Assembly (NCBI GenBank): GCA_030950485.1 | Contig: JAUZRK010000014.1 | Span: 2,431-66,430, forward strand | DNA: 64,000 nucleotides | Direction of reading: 5' to 3' | Origin: Candidatus Dojkabacteria bacterium | GTDB taxonomy: Bacteria; Patescibacteriota; Dojkabacteria; J137 | Translations under genes and position numbers: made by a program | Notes under the pieces: model-generated | Told to the model about the DNA's origin: nothing | Database searches by the model: none | The model's input: the letters and a program-made list of their open reading frames with translations, nothing else | Part shown: in pieces, positions 63,252 through 64,000 of the stretch | How positions within the stretch are numbered: position 1 is the stretch's first letter | Layout of the letters: each line of letters starts with the position of its first letter

Positions 63252-64000
63252 ATGAAAATCAATAAAAACTTTCTTAATATACAGCTTTCTGTATTAGTTG
63301 TTCTATCAACACTATTAACCCCGTTAATATTCTTAATTCCAGCTAAAGCTCAGGTTTATCCAAGCTTTAACCTGTCGGTTGAATGTGTCGAGGAAAATAC
63401 TGATGGTACGTATACAGCGTACTTTGGGTATAGAGATAATGAGTATTACGATATCGATTTAAGGAGTTCTTTAACTACTACAGATAAATTTGGTCCAGCT
63501 ATACTACGGCAAGGAAATATAGATAAAGCCTTTAGTATTACTGACAGTATAGAAAATGATATTACATGGACTGCAAACTATGAAGGTATATTTGAGAGAA
63601 GTGCTACTGCGAGTATTGAGTCAGAGAGGTGTGAGAAAGATTTAGGACCAGGGTACAACCCTGCTCCAGCTGAGGAGACAAATCAAAAGTTAGAAGTAGA
63701 AAATCAAAAGGAGAAAGAACAAATTTCTGTTATAGATCAAGTTGTTCCAGAGGAAAATGAAGAACCAGTAACTAGCAACCTAGAAGCAGAACAAAATATT
63801 GAAGATAATAATTCTCCCCTTCGGGGAGATGCCGGTCCTCCGGCAGAGGGGGTTGTGTTGAATAAAAATATTGATATCTCACTACTAATTATTGATGGAG
63901 ATGTCTTTGCAACGTCAGATTTAGTTAAACTTAATTCAAGCTCTACTTATAACTTAATAGAATCAAGATTACTCCATTGTGATAACAGTTTAGATTGTAA
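63252..64000 (+). CDS. Secreted hypothetical protein, 5' part. The gene runs off the right edge of the window.
   Basis: Own translation from ATG 63252: MKINKNFLNIQLSVLVVLSTLLTPLIFLIPAKAQV... (signal peptide) with no stop to position 64000. Confidence 0.4.
   Translation, partial: MKINKNFLNIQLSVLVVLSTLLTPLIFLIPAKAQVYPSFNLSVECVEENTDGTYTAYFGYRDNEYYDIDLRSSLTTTDKFGPAILRQGNIDKAFSITDSIENDITWTANYEGIFERSATASIESERCEKDLGPGYNPAPAEETNQKLEVENQKEKEQISVIDQVVPEENEEPVTSNLEAEQNIEDNNSPLRGDAGPPAEGVVLNKNIDISLLIIDGDVFATSDLVKLNSSSTYNLIESRLLHCDNSLDC

Noticed and set aside
1-64000. Global stop-codon reassignment (for example UGA=Gly code 25 or UGA=Trp code 4, or reassigned TAG/TAA) as the explanation for the in-frame stops
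   Set aside because: All three stop codons terminate well-conserved genes at the expected C-termini: mutS TAG, dnaE TAG, rsmE TGA, hrcA/grpE/ychF TAA. Long genes (dnaE 1187 aa, mutS 844 aa) contain no internal stops of any kind. tRNA-Gly has a normal UCC anticodon. Frameshifts co-occur with the stops.
1-64000. rRNA genes, transposases/IS elements, integrases, phage structural genes, restriction-modification or other named defence systems
   Set aside because: No ORF or region showed recognisable signatures for these. NYN, Smr and DUF559 proteins occur singly, without partner genes that would define a system.

Overview
This is an AT-rich (~30% GC) bacterial chromosomal segment with small intergenic regions and the standard genetic code: TAA, TAG and TGA each terminate conserved genes at the expected position. 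Housekeeping genes I recognise are aspS, mutS, hrcA, grpE, rarA, dnaE, ppa, rsmE, recQ, ychF, tRNA-Thr(CGU) and tRNA-Gly(UCC). Also present are two ABC exporters, a Zur/Fur-like regulator next to a ZupT-like zinc transporter, PepT, two divergent Nudix genes, tandem YdjC-like genes, a GT4 glycosyltransferase, and NYN, Smr and GNAT proteins. A long minus-strand cluster runs PBP (class A) -> giant alpha-2-macroglobulin-like protein -> FecR-domain protein -> Smr -> hypothetical. Sigma70-like promoters, a degenerate CIRCE operator before hrcA, several palindromic intrinsic terminators, an (AT)13 microsatellite, a coding (TATAGA)6 repeat and a GC-rich hairpin-repeat island around a DUF559 endonuclease gene are visible. 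The most striking observation comes from my own re-translation across ORF junctions: at least ten conserved genes are interrupted by single in-frame stops (TAA, TAG or TGA) or single-base frameshifts, while the protein sequence continues in-frame with conserved motifs on both sides. The affected genes are the A2M-like gene (three stops), the PBP (one stop plus a homopolymer frameshift), recQ, a GDPD gene, an SDR, an NlpC/P60 hydrolase and two hypothetical genes. This pattern indicates genome decay with recent pseudogenes, low-accuracy assembly, or (less likely) programmed read-through or recoding. I cannot distinguish these without reads or orthologues. No CRISPR array, rRNA or recognisable transposase was found.
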